NCBI GenBank assembly: GCA_963836075.1
Contig: CAWIIB010000001.1
Coordinates: forward strand, 1,408,001-1,472,000
From: an uncultured Acidobacteriota bacterium
GTDB taxonomy: Bacteria; Acidobacteriota; JAQAZP01
Reading direction: 5' to 3'
DNA length: 64,000 nt
The position numbers and the translations under genes are program-made. The notes under the pieces were generated by a model. That model saw nothing but the letters and a program-made list of their open reading frames with translations. It did no database searches and was not told the origin of the DNA. Positions 39,853 to 49,180 of the stretch are shown here, in pieces. Numbering within the stretch: the first letter of the stretch is position 1; each line of letters begins with the position of its first letter.

Positions 39853-42189
39853 TCACTGGATATATCCCAGCGCCCGGAGCCGTTCGGCCATGTCCGTATC
39901 GGCCTCCGGAGTGTCCTCTCCGCCGTGGCGGGCCTCGGCCGGTCGCGCCTCGGCCAGCCACTGGTGGAGGGCGGTTTTCAGCTGCGCCCGGACGTCGGGC
40001 AGACTTTCCGCCAGGTTCTCCCGTTCCGCCGGGTCGGCATCCAGGTGGAACAGTTCCTCTTCCGCCGGCCCGTGATCCATCAGCCATTTCCCCGGAGCGG
40101 TGACCGGTGGTTCGGCCACCGCCAGCGGCCGGTCAAAATGGATGTATTTCCAGGGGCCGGAGAAGACGGACGAGCGGGCCGGGGCATCGGCCAGGGTGCG
40201 GGAGAAGACCAGCCGCTGCGGTCCGGGGCCCAGCAGATTCTCCCCGTCCCTGACGGCCGGACCGGCCGGCAGACCGGCCAGCGCCAGCAGGGTGGGCCGG
40301 ATGTCCACCAGGGAGACCGGCGTGTGAACCACCGAGCCGGCACGGTGCCGCAACCCGGGGACCCGGAGCAGCAGCGGCACGTTCACCACTTCCTCGTAAA
40401 GCGTGAACCCGTGTGACCAGAACCCGTGGTCGTGCAGTTCCTCACCGTGATCGGCGGTGACCAGGACCACGGTATCCTCCAGCAGCCCCTCCCGCTCCAG
40501 CCGGACCAGCAAGCGGCCCAGTTGGCGGTCCAGATAGGCCACCTCGTCTTCGTAGAATCGCCCGATCTCCCTCACGTCCTCCTCGTCCTCGACCTGTTCC
40601 CGGCCCACGGTCAGCCCCCAGACATTGCCGTCCCGCCAGCCGGGCATCTGGTCCGGCACGAAGGGACGGCGGCCCCACCGGGTGAGCCCGTCCGGACCGG
40701 GGGCGTCGTAAGGGCTGTGCGGGTCCATGTAGTGCATGTAGCAGAACACCCGCTGGTCCCCGCGGTCCCGGAGCCAGTCCAGCGCCCGCCGGCCCAGCGT
40801 CTCTGCGGTGACCGAGTGATCCTTGTACGGGGCCAGGTAGTAGGAATCGAAACCCCGGCCGTAGCCCTGTTCCGGGGCCAGCACGTAGTTGGCCACAAAA
40901 CCGGCCGTGACATACCCGGCGGCGGCAAAATCCTCGGTGATGGTGGAAACCCCGGCCGGTATCCGGCTCTTCCCCCCCAGCAGGTCCCACTGCACCCCCA
41001 GACGGTGGGGATAGTATCCGGTGAACAGGGCAGCCATGGAGGGGATGGTCCAGGACGACGGGGCGATGGCCCGGCTGAAGAGGATCCCCTCCCGGGCCAG
41101 GCGAGACAGGCAGGGTGTTCGGCCGGTGGCACAACCGTACGGCGACAGGCGGTCGGCCCGCAAGGTGTCCACTACGATGAGCAGCACGTTTTGCCGGCGG
41201 TCCGGACCGTGAGCCATGATTCGCGGCGAGCCGACCAGCCGCAGGGACGAGGCGTCGGCCGGCTCCGTGATGAAGCGGAGGGTCACCTGCCGGCCCCGCC
41301 AGGGGGAGATGTCCACCCGGTGGTCCTCCCAGGGTGCTCCGGGTGGGCCGCAGTCCACACGGGCCAGAGTCTCTGTCCTGCCGCCCTGGGGCAGGAGTTC
41401 CACCCGCAGCGAGGCCGGCCGCTCCCCCACCAGGGTGCCGCTTCCGAAATGGAGTTCCACCGCGTCGGCCGGGATCGTCAGAGCCGCCTCCCGCACTCCC
41501 CCCGCCCCGAACCGCCAGCACCGGCGATACTCCTGGCCCAGACCCAGACGGTGGCGGGAGAGCACCGAGCGACGCAGGTAGTCTTCGTCCCGGGGCTCCA
41601 GCGAAATGCTCCTGATCACCGTGCTGCCCCCCCTGTTCGGGGGGTAGATTCTCAGGATCCGGATCCGCTGCTCCAGGGCCTGGTGGCCGGGCAGGTCGAA
41701 GACATGCACTCCCGGCACAGCCGGGGAGTGCGGCCGGGAGATGGCCCGTTGCTCTATCCGGTAGCGTGGCGGATAGTCTTCGGAGTAGTACAGCTGCCCG
41801 GAATTGCCGGACAACGATTCATCGGTGGTGACGGTCATCCGGTGGTGCCGCAGCGGATCGATGGTGAGCTCGATCTCCAGCCAGGGCGGCTGGCCCACGG
41901 CATCCAGGTGCAGCCCGCCGGCGTCCCGGGACACCCCCACGCCATCCGGGCCCACGGTCCAGCCTTCGGGGATTCCCTCGGTGAAACCCCAGGTCCGTGG
42001 CTGTAAGGCCGGGGGCACCGAACCCTCCCAGGGGATGGCCGGGGGTGTGATGGCCAGCAGATCGACCACGGTGTGGGTCGGCTCCAGACGCTGGCCGCAG
42101 GCGGAGACAACCAGGGCCAGAAGGAGGGTCAGGGACCACCAGCGGCTGCGCTGGCCGGCCGGGTGATCGGGTGGCCGTCGGCAGGTCAT
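39853..42189 (-). CDS. Sulfatase-like (alkaline phosphatase superfamily) lipoprotein
   Basis: Lipobox VVSAC; IVVDTLRAD, SSWTIPSMAALFTG, HYMDPHSPY and TADHGE. Confidence 0.85.
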   Translation of the reverse strand: MTCRRPPDHPAGQRSRWWSLTLLLALVVSACGQRLEPTHTVVDLLAITPPAIPWEGSVPPALQPRTWGFTEGIPEGWTVGPDGVGVSRDAGGLHLDAVGQPPWLEIELTIDPLRHHRMTVTTDESLSGNSGQLYYSEDYPPRYRIEQRAISRPHSPAVPGVHVFDLPGHQALEQRIRILRIYPPNRGGSTVIRSISLEPRDEDYLRRSVLSRHRLGLGQEYRRCWRFGAGGVREAALTIPADAVELHFGSGTLVGERPASLRVELLPQGGRTETLARVDCGPPGAPWEDHRVDISPWRGRQVTLRFITEPADASSLRLVGSPRIMAHGPDRRQNVLLIVVDTLRADRLSPYGCATGRTPCLSRLAREGILFSRAIAPSSWTIPSMAALFTGYYPHRLGVQWDLLGGKSRIPAGVSTITEDFAAAGYVTAGFVANYVLAPEQGYGRGFDSYYLAPYKDHSVTAETLGRRALDWLRDRGDQRVFCYMHYMDPHSPYDAPGPDGLTRWGRRPFVPDQMPGWRDGNVWGLTVGREQVEDEEDVREIGRFYEDEVAYLDRQLGRLLVRLEREGLLEDTVVLVTADHGEELHDHGFWSHGFTLYEEVVNVPLLLRVPGLRHRAGSVVHTPVSLVDIRPTLLALAGLPAGPAVRDGENLLGPGPQRLVFSRTLADAPARSSVFSGPWKYIHFDRPLAVAEPPVTAPGKWLMDHGPAEEELFHLDADPAERENLAESLPDVRAQLKTALHQWLAEARPAEARHGGEDTPEADTDMAERLRALGYIQ

Positions 42190-42252
42190 TGTCGAGGCAT
42201 CCTCTGACGACGGCGCACTGTTGTCCCGTACTCGAGGAGCGATGCGCCGTGG

Positions 42253-43209
42253 CTATTTCTTCTTTGTCTTCTTTTTCGATCCGCCGACGGAGGGAGCGGA
42301 CGAACCGAATGAGCCGGAAGAGGACGAAGACCCCTGGCTCACGTCGCCGCCGATGGACCGGCGGCCCTCGAGATCGGGACCCGGCCGGGGCAGGAACTCG
42401 CGGTAGGCTCTGGTGATCCGCGGCATCTGGTCCTTCTTCAGTTGCTCCACTGCCGACTGTTCATCGGGCAGGTCCAACCCCTTCCACTGCCCCGTGGCGA
42501 CCAGCGTTTCCATCACGCTCATCCCGCTCAGGTCGGCCGGCCCCAGGGCGGAGGGCAGCGGTTCGCGGACCCGGATCCCCACCGGCCAGCCGGCTTTTTT
42601 CTGCACCTGGACACTGTCCACATGTTCGGAGAGCGTATCCATCGCCTGGCGGCCGTTCAACCACCAGCCGCCGTACGGATAATCGACGAAGTAGAAGTTG
42701 TACTGCCACCAGCCCCAGTAGATGTCGTAGGGGAACCGGCCGTAATACCCGCCCCAGGCCCGCTCCCAGAAACCGCCGTGGAAATAAAACCAGGGATCGA
42801 AAAAATAGCCGCCGCCGAGGGTGTAGATCCGCCGCATCTCGTCGTAGGACGGGAGGTATGTGGGCACGGACCAGAAGAGGATCGGGTTGTAGTTCATCCG
42901 GCGGAGCTGGTCGTCGCGGAAGAGCCAGGGATAGGGGAAGAGGTCACGGACGGCCAGCGGGTGCAGGTCGGTCAGGGCCAGATCGATGTACCCCAGATCG
43001 TCGAACACCACGCGGTCGGTCATCACGCTGTGTGCCAGACCGAACTCCATGTGCCGCACCACGTAGTTCCAGCGGTAGCTGTGATACAGATTGAGGAACT
43101 GGGCCTCGGCATCGGCGGGGACAAGAAACGAGACCGCCAGGACAGCGGCCAGGATGAGCAGCATCCCCTGCATTGCCCGGCGGTTTCCATGGCTATCCGT
43201 CCTGTTCAA
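42253..43209 (-). CDS. Secreted aromatic-rich hypothetical protein
   Basis: Signal peptide ending ADAEA; Y/W/F/G-rich core; Ser/Gly- and Lys-rich tail. Confidence 0.7.
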   Translation of the reverse strand: MNRTDSHGNRRAMQGMLLILAAVLAVSFLVPADAEAQFLNLYHSYRWNYVVRHMEFGLAHSVMTDRVVFDDLGYIDLALTDLHPLAVRDLFPYPWLFRDDQLRRMNYNPILFWSVPTYLPSYDEMRRIYTLGGGYFFDPWFYFHGGFWERAWGGYYGRFPYDIYWGWWQYNFYFVDYPYGGWWLNGRQAMDTLSEHVDSVQVQKKAGWPVGIRVREPLPSALGPADLSGMSVMETLVATGQWKGLDLPDEQSAVEQLKKDQMPRITRAYREFLPRPGPDLEGRRSIGGDVSQGSSSSSGSFGSSAPSVGGSKKKTKKK

Positions 43210-43366
43210 CTCCGGTCTCCTTTGTCACCCCGGTGGCCCGATTCAGTGGACCATCCACGGATTTGACCACAACCTCAGTATAGCATGAGACTCTGTTTAC
43301 AGCGCCGGCACGAGGTGATACGGTTTTCACCGTTCCGGTCAGCACGTACCAGCGGATATACAATCG

Positions 43367-45547
43367 ATGCCTCTGCGTGACCCTCCAGTTGAAAGCACCA
43401 CCCGGCGAACCCGGCGCCGCAACCTCCTCCTGCTCGCCCTGCTCTTTGCCGCCGCGCTGGTGCCGCGGCTGATCTACCTGGCCGAGCTGCAGCACTCGCC
43501 GCTGCAGGATTTTCTCTCCCTGGACACCAGGACCCACCACCTGATGGCCCTGCGGATCGCCGAAACAGGCACCACCGGCGAGGACGTTTTCTTCCGCGCG
43601 CCGCTCTACCCCTACGCCGTGGGTCTCTTCTACAGCCTGTTCGGCGCCGGCCTTTTCCCGGTGCGGCTGGCCCAGGCCCTGCTGGGCGCCCTGGCTGCGC
43701 CGCTGACTTTTCTGCTGGGGCTCAGGCTGCTGGGCCGGGGCCAGGCCCTGGCCGCCGCATTGCTGGTGGCCGGCAACTGGGTAATGGTCTACTTCGGCGG
43801 CGAACTGCTGATCACCACCGTCCTCGTCCCGCTGGACCTGCTGGTCCTGCTGCTGCTCACCCGGCACGGCCAGGACCGCCAGCCCGGCACCGGAACACTG
43901 TTCGCCGCCGGGCTGGCCCTGGGCCTCTCCGCCCTGGCCCGGCCGAACATTCTGATCTTCCTGCCCGCCGCGGCGCTCTGGCTGGGCTGGCTGGCCGTCA
44001 CCCGGCGCGGCGAGCACACAACCGCCGGCGGCCGCATCGGAAAAACCCTGGCCTCCCGAGCCTTCCTCGCCCCCCTGCTGGCCCTGGTGCTGGGCACTGC
44101 GCTGATAGTGGCCCCGGTGACCATCCGCAACCTGGTCAAGGGCGGAGACCCGGTTCTGATCGCCTCCCAGGGCGGGATCAACTTCTTCCTCGGCAACAAC
44201 CCCGCGGCCAACGGCCGCGCGGCCATCGCCCCCTGCAGCTGGTCCGAGATCCCCGACGAATTCCGCCAACGGCATGCGGACAGCATCTGGGCTCACGAAC
44301 TGATCTGGGTCTCCGGCAACTACCTGGCCGAGAAGGAGACCGGCCGCACAGATCTCAAACCGTCCGAGGTCTCTTCCCACTGGTTCGGCCGGGCCGGGGC
44401 GTTCATCGCCGCCCAACCGGGCCGCGCTCTGGCGCTGTTGGGCCGCAAGGCCTTCTTCCTGCTCAACGCCTACGAGATCCCCAGCAACAAGGACATGGTG
44501 CACTTTATCCGCCAGAACCGCCTGGGGACCCTGAACCTGCTGGCCTTCGGCCTGCCCGGCCGCTTCCCCATGGGGCTGGCCCTGCCCCTGGCCCTGCTGG
44601 GCATGGGGTTCGCCCTGGCCAACTGGCGGAGGCACCTGCTCCTGCTGCTCTTCCTCGCCTCGTATTCGGCGGGGATCATCCTCTTTTTCGTCAACGCCCG
44701 TTACCGTGTCCCCCTTCTCCCCCCGGTCTTCATCTACGCCGTCCTGGCCGTGAATGAGCTGGCCCGCCGCTGGCGCCAAGGCCCGGCCGCGGGAAGGTTG
44801 AAACGCCTGGCTCCGCCGCTCATCGTGCTGCTGCTTCTCGGCCTGCTTTGCAACGCCGGCCTGTTCGACGTCCGCGACCCGGTGCTGCTGGGAACGCTGC
44901 ATTTCAACCTGGGGAACCACCACCTGAACAAGGAGGATTTCGATCTGGCCGAGGCAGCCTACAGCGAGGCGCTGCGTCTCAACCCCGGGCTGGTGGACGC
45001 CCGCAACAACCTGGCCAACATCTGCCTGCGCCGCGACGCTCTGCCTGAAGCGGCAGAGCACTTCACCGAAGCGCTGCGCTACAGCCCCGAGGACCCGGCG
45101 GTGCACTACCAACTGGGCGAGACGCTGAACCGCCTGGGCCGGCTCCCCGAAGCGGTGGCCTCGCTGCAGCAGGCCCTGCGTCTGGACCCGCGGATGTGGC
45201 AGGCAGCCTACCAGTTGGGCAACGCCGAGGCCCGCCGGGAGAACTGGCCGGAGGCCGGTGTTGCTTATGGCCAGGCCCTGGCCCTCCGGCCGGACCACGT
45301 GCCCAGCCGGTTCAATCTCGGGGCGCTGCTGCTGCAGACCGGAGACCTGGACGGCGCCCTGCGCGAACTCACCGAGACGCTGCGCCTCGACCCCGGACTG
45401 GCCGTCGCCCACTTCCGGCTGGCTGAACTGCACTACCGCCGCGGCGACACCGCAGCCATGGCCCGCGAGCTGCGCGAGGTGCTGCGCCTTGAGCCGGGAA
45501 ACGCCAACGCCCGCCGGATGCTGGACCGGCTCCAGGCAGACCAGTGA
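43367..45547 (+). CDS. GT39/PMT-like (GT-C) glycosyltransferase with C-terminal TPRs
   Basis: FFRAPLYPY, LSALARPN, GGINFFLGNNP, FFVNARYRVP and multiple TPRs. Confidence 0.85.
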   Translation: MPLRDPPVESTTRRTRRRNLLLLALLFAAALVPRLIYLAELQHSPLQDFLSLDTRTHHLMALRIAETGTTGEDVFFRAPLYPYAVGLFYSLFGAGLFPVRLAQALLGALAAPLTFLLGLRLLGRGQALAAALLVAGNWVMVYFGGELLITTVLVPLDLLVLLLLTRHGQDRQPGTGTLFAAGLALGLSALARPNILIFLPAAALWLGWLAVTRRGEHTTAGGRIGKTLASRAFLAPLLALVLGTALIVAPVTIRNLVKGGDPVLIASQGGINFFLGNNPAANGRAAIAPCSWSEIPDEFRQRHADSIWAHELIWVSGNYLAEKETGRTDLKPSEVSSHWFGRAGAFIAAQPGRALALLGRKAFFLLNAYEIPSNKDMVHFIRQNRLGTLNLLAFGLPGRFPMGLALPLALLGMGFALANWRRHLLLLLFLASYSAGIILFFVNARYRVPLLPPVFIYAVLAVNELARRWRQGPAAGRLKRLAPPLIVLLLLGLLCNAGLFDVRDPVLLGTLHFNLGNHHLNKEDFDLAEAAYSEALRLNPGLVDARNNLANICLRRDALPEAAEHFTEALRYSPEDPAVHYQLGETLNRLGRLPEAVASLQQALRLDPRMWQAAYQLGNAEARRENWPEAGVAYGQALALRPDHVPSRFNLGALLLQTGDLDGALRELTETLRLDPGLAVAHFRLAELHYRRGDTAAMARELREVLRLEPGNANARRMLDRLQADQ

Positions 45548-45774
45548 ATGCAAAAAGTTTGGGTTGGGTCTTTTTCATTTTCTTCAGTGCACAAATTGCA
45601 CAAAGCTCACCGTGAATGAGCCATGCCGGGCAGTGTCTATTCGGCGACATAAAGGAGCGTAGCGCCAGGAGCGAAAATGGACACTGCCCGGCATAACCCG
45701 AATATGCATTGCAGCATCTGGCCCCATTCACCTATAATCCGCCGGTCGATGGCCACCACCGGAAGGATGCCGTA

Positions 45775-46428
45775 ATGTTCGAACCGAGGGACGAACTCTT
45801 TTTCCAGCGCGCCGAAGAAGTGGCTTCGGCCATGGAACAGCGCAACATGTCCGCCGCCATCCACACCTCGCTGGAGGAAACCCTGGAGGCGGTGATGAAG
45901 GAGATTCCCGACGGCTCGCTGGTGGGCCTGGGAGGGTCGATGACCCTCGAAGAACTGGGCCTGGTGGACCGGCTTCGCGAGGAGTCCGGCCGCATCTACC
46001 TCCTCGACCGCTACCGCGACAGTCTGGCCCCCGCGGAGCTGGAGGAGATCAAACGCCGGACGCTGACCTGCGATGTCTTCATCTGCAGCGCCAACGCGGT
46101 GACCATGCAGGGCGAACTGGTCTATGCCGACGGCGAGGGCAACCGTATCGCCGCCGTGCTCTACGGCCCGCAGAAGGTGATCGTGGTGATCGGGATCAAC
46201 AAGCTGGTCTCGGACATCGAGGAAGGCTACTGGCGAATCCGCGAAGTGGCCGCGCCGATGAACGCCAAGCGGATGGGTGCCGATACCCCCTGCCGCGAGA
46301 CCGGATTCTGCGACGAAGAGAACTGCGACCGCAAGGAACGGATCTGCAACATCCTGACCATCGTGGAAAGCCAGAACGACCCCGAGCGGATGTCGGTCCA
46401 CCTGGTGACCCAAGCGCTGGGGTATTGA
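45775..46428 (+). CDS. LUD-domain (lactate utilization-like) protein
   Basis: GGSMTL, SANAVT..GELVYADGEGNRIAA, GINKLV and PCRETGFC...C...ICN. Confidence 0.88.
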   Translation: MFEPRDELFFQRAEEVASAMEQRNMSAAIHTSLEETLEAVMKEIPDGSLVGLGGSMTLEELGLVDRLREESGRIYLLDRYRDSLAPAELEEIKRRTLTCDVFICSANAVTMQGELVYADGEGNRIAAVLYGPQKVIVVIGINKLVSDIEEGYWRIREVAAPMNAKRMGADTPCRETGFCDEENCDRKERICNILTIVESQNDPERMSVHLVTQALGY

Positions 46429-46457
46429 GAGGTCAAGACGGTTTCAGCGGCCGCAGG

Positions 46458-47495
46458 TCAGGCGTCCCCACCCCCCATGCCGATCCCGTCCACTCCCGCT
46501 CCGCACCCGGGGCAGCATGAGCCGGCGGTGACCCGGTTCTCCCGTACGGTGAAACCGGCCCGGCGGATCAGCAGGGCGCCGCACTTCCAGCAGAAGGTGC
46601 TCTCCCGGTCCTCCCCGGGTAGATTCCCGCAATAGACGTACCGCAACCCGGCCTGCAGACCGATCTCCACTGCCCGGTGGATGGTGTCCGGGGGTGTGGC
46701 CGCGGCATCCCGGTAGCGGTGGCCCGGGTGGAATCGGCTGACGTGCCAGGGGGTCTCCGCACCGAGGGTGCCGTTGATATACCGGGCGATCTCTCGCAGT
46801 TCGCCTGTGGAATCGTTGAGCCCGGGGATCACCAGGGTGGTCACCTCGACCCAGACCCCCCGCTCCTTCATCCGCTCCAGGGTGTCGAGCACCGGCCGCA
46901 ACCGGCCGCCTATGGCCTCGCGGTAGGTTCTGTCGCTGAAGGCTTTGAGGTCCACATTGGCGCAGGTCAGGTTGCCGTCGAGGAAGTCCAGAGCCTCTTC
47001 GGTCATGAAGCCGTTGGTGACAAAGACGGTGTACAGTCCGGCGGCCCGCGCTTGGCGGCAGACCTCGGCGGCGTATTCGAAGTAGACGGTGGGCTCGGTA
47101 TAGGTGCAGGAGACGCTGCGGCAGCCCCGGTCTGCCGCAGCGTCCACCAGCAGTTCCGGCGGGGCCTCCTGGCCGCTGATTCCACACTCCCGGGCCTGGG
47201 AGATGGTGTGGTTCTGGCAGAAACTGCACTGGAAGTTGCACCCCACCGAGGCAAAGGAAAATGAGTCGTGGCCCGGCAGGCAGTGGAAAATCGGTTTCTT
47301 CTCGATGGGATCGATGCCCGCCGAGGCCGACAGGCCGTAGACCAGGCTGTACAGAGTGCCGGCCTCGTTCCGGCGGACCCCGCAGATGCCGGTCCGGCCC
47401 GGCTCGATGACACAGCGGTGGTGGCAGAGGTTGCACTGGACCCGCTCCCGGTCCAGCCGGCTGTACAGCACGGCCTCGATCCGCGGCTGATCCAT
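46458..47495 (-). CDS. amrS: AmmeMemoRadiSam system radical SAM enzyme
   Basis: CNLCHHRC...GICGVR, DPIEKKP, GCNFQCSFCQN, TYTEP and WVEVTTLVIPG. Confidence 0.92.
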   Translation of the reverse strand: MDQPRIEAVLYSRLDRERVQCNLCHHRCVIEPGRTGICGVRRNEAGTLYSLVYGLSASAGIDPIEKKPIFHCLPGHDSFSFASVGCNFQCSFCQNHTISQARECGISGQEAPPELLVDAAADRGCRSVSCTYTEPTVYFEYAAEVCRQARAAGLYTVFVTNGFMTEEALDFLDGNLTCANVDLKAFSDRTYREAIGGRLRPVLDTLERMKERGVWVEVTTLVIPGLNDSTGELREIARYINGTLGAETPWHVSRFHPGHRYRDAAATPPDTIHRAVEIGLQAGLRYVYCGNLPGEDRESTFCWKCGALLIRRAGFTVRENRVTAGSCCPGCGAGVDGIGMGGGDA

Positions 47496-49180
47496 CACAC
47501 CCCCTCTTCCTCTGTCCCGGCGGCCTCGGGCAGGCCCACGGCACGGCAGTAATCGGCCCACAACCCCTGGCGACCAGCCAGGTTCACCAAAGGCTCCCAG
47601 GGGAAGGCCGTATCCCTGGCCCGCGCCCGGTGGAGCAGCCTGTTGACATCGATCCCCTCGTCGGCCGCGGCATTGCGCCAGCTCTGTCCCTGGTCGAGGG
47701 CCCGGAGCAGCACCCGGGCCATCTCCTCCCCGCCCAGGGCCATCATTCCCTGGGCCAGCGCCGGCACCACCCCCCCGGCCTGCAGCTGGAGGTTCGGCGC
47801 CTTCTCCTGTTTCACCGCCTTGCCCAATAGCCTGATCCGGGCCTTCAACTCTCCGGCGGTCAGCATCGGCGCCCACTGAAACGGCGTGTGCGGCCGGGGC
47901 ACAAAGGGCTTGACCGCAGCGGCCACGGTGAGACCCGGAAGATGACCGGCGGCGGCTCGGGCCAGTTGGGCGGCGAAGCGGGCGATCTCCCGCACGTCCT
48001 CCTCTTGCTCCCCGGGCAGGCCGATGATGAAGTAGAGCTTGAGGCGCTTGAACGGCCGACCCCGCACCGCCCCCAACCGGCGGACGAACTCGAAGTAGTC
48101 CTCCTCCTTCTCCCGCTTCCCCACCAGTGCCCGCAGACGTGCCGAGCCGGCTTCGGGAGCAATGGTCACCGTTTTCTGGCCGCTGGCGGCCAGGGCCTGA
48201 AGCAGGCGGTTGCTGGTGGAGGATGCGCGCAGGGAGGGTAGGGAGACCGGGATGCCGTCTTCCAGGGCCAGACGGCAGATCTCGTCCAGCTGCGGGTGGT
48301 TCGCCGCCGATGAGGCCACCAGCCCCACCCGGTTCCAGCCATCCCGGGGCAGGTCGAGGATCGTCCGGCGGAGCAGCCCGGCATCGGACCAGAGCGGACG
48401 GCCCATACCGCAACCCACCAGGCAAAAACGGCAGTGCCAGGGACAGCCGCGGCCGGTCTCCGCCAGCAGCATGCTGCCAAACTCGGTCTGCGGGGTGACC
48501 AGCACCGAGTGGGCCGGGCGCCGCCGGGTGGAGACCGGCCCGGCGCTGACCCGGGTCACCGGCCGTGACGGGGCCAGTGCCGGGACCAGCAGCCCCTCCA
48601 TGCCGGCCAATTGCTCCAGCAGTTCCTGGCGGCTGCTCCCCTGCCGGTCAAAGATCACCTCCATCGCCCGGGGCCCGATAACCTCGGCATCGCCCACAAA
48701 GACCAGGTCGATGAAGGGGGCCAGCGGGGCCGGATTCATGGCGGCGCAGACTCCGCCGGCGGCCACCAGCGGATCGTGCTCACCGCGGTCCGCCGCCATC
48801 CGCGGCACGCCGGTGAGGTCGAGCATGCGCACCAGGTTCAGCAGGTCCAGTTCGTAACTCAGGGAAAAGGCCACCAACCGGGCGGCGGAGACCGGCGCAC
48901 CGCCCTCCAGGGTGTAGAGCGGTGTGCGGGTCCGCAGGTGGGTCTCCAGCTCGGTATCCCCGGGGAGAAAGACGCGGTCCACCGGTCCGGGCACATGGCG
49001 CCGCATCATGCCGTACACCGCCTGGAACCCGAGGCTGGCCATGCCGGTGCGGTAGTGGTTGGGGTAGGCCAGTACGGCCAGCGGGCTGGTACCCGGTTCC
49101 AGGGGGGTGGCGACGGGGTCGAGCACCGTCTCCTGTTCGATCAGCGCCCGGCCGGCGGTGATGATTTCTCGCTGCGTCAC
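47495..49180 (-). CDS. Radical SAM protein with N-terminal B12-binding-like domain
   Basis: YPNHYRTGMASLG, FSLSYELD, RGCPWHCRFC, IAPEAGS and PFVPRPHTPFQW. Confidence 0.88.
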   Translation of the reverse strand: MTQREIITAGRALIEQETVLDPVATPLEPGTSPLAVLAYPNHYRTGMASLGFQAVYGMMRRHVPGPVDRVFLPGDTELETHLRTRTPLYTLEGGAPVSAARLVAFSLSYELDLLNLVRMLDLTGVPRMAADRGEHDPLVAAGGVCAAMNPAPLAPFIDLVFVGDAEVIGPRAMEVIFDRQGSSRQELLEQLAGMEGLLVPALAPSRPVTRVSAGPVSTRRRPAHSVLVTPQTEFGSMLLAETGRGCPWHCRFCLVGCGMGRPLWSDAGLLRRTILDLPRDGWNRVGLVASSAANHPQLDEICRLALEDGIPVSLPSLRASSTSNRLLQALAASGQKTVTIAPEAGSARLRALVGKREKEEDYFEFVRRLGAVRGRPFKRLKLYFIIGLPGEQEEDVREIARFAAQLARAAAGHLPGLTVAAAVKPFVPRPHTPFQWAPMLTAGELKARIRLLGKAVKQEKAPNLQLQAGGVVPALAQGMMALGGEEMARVLLRALDQGQSWRNAAADEGIDVNRLLHRARARDTAFPWEPLVNLAGRQGLWADYCRAVGLPEAAGTEEEGV

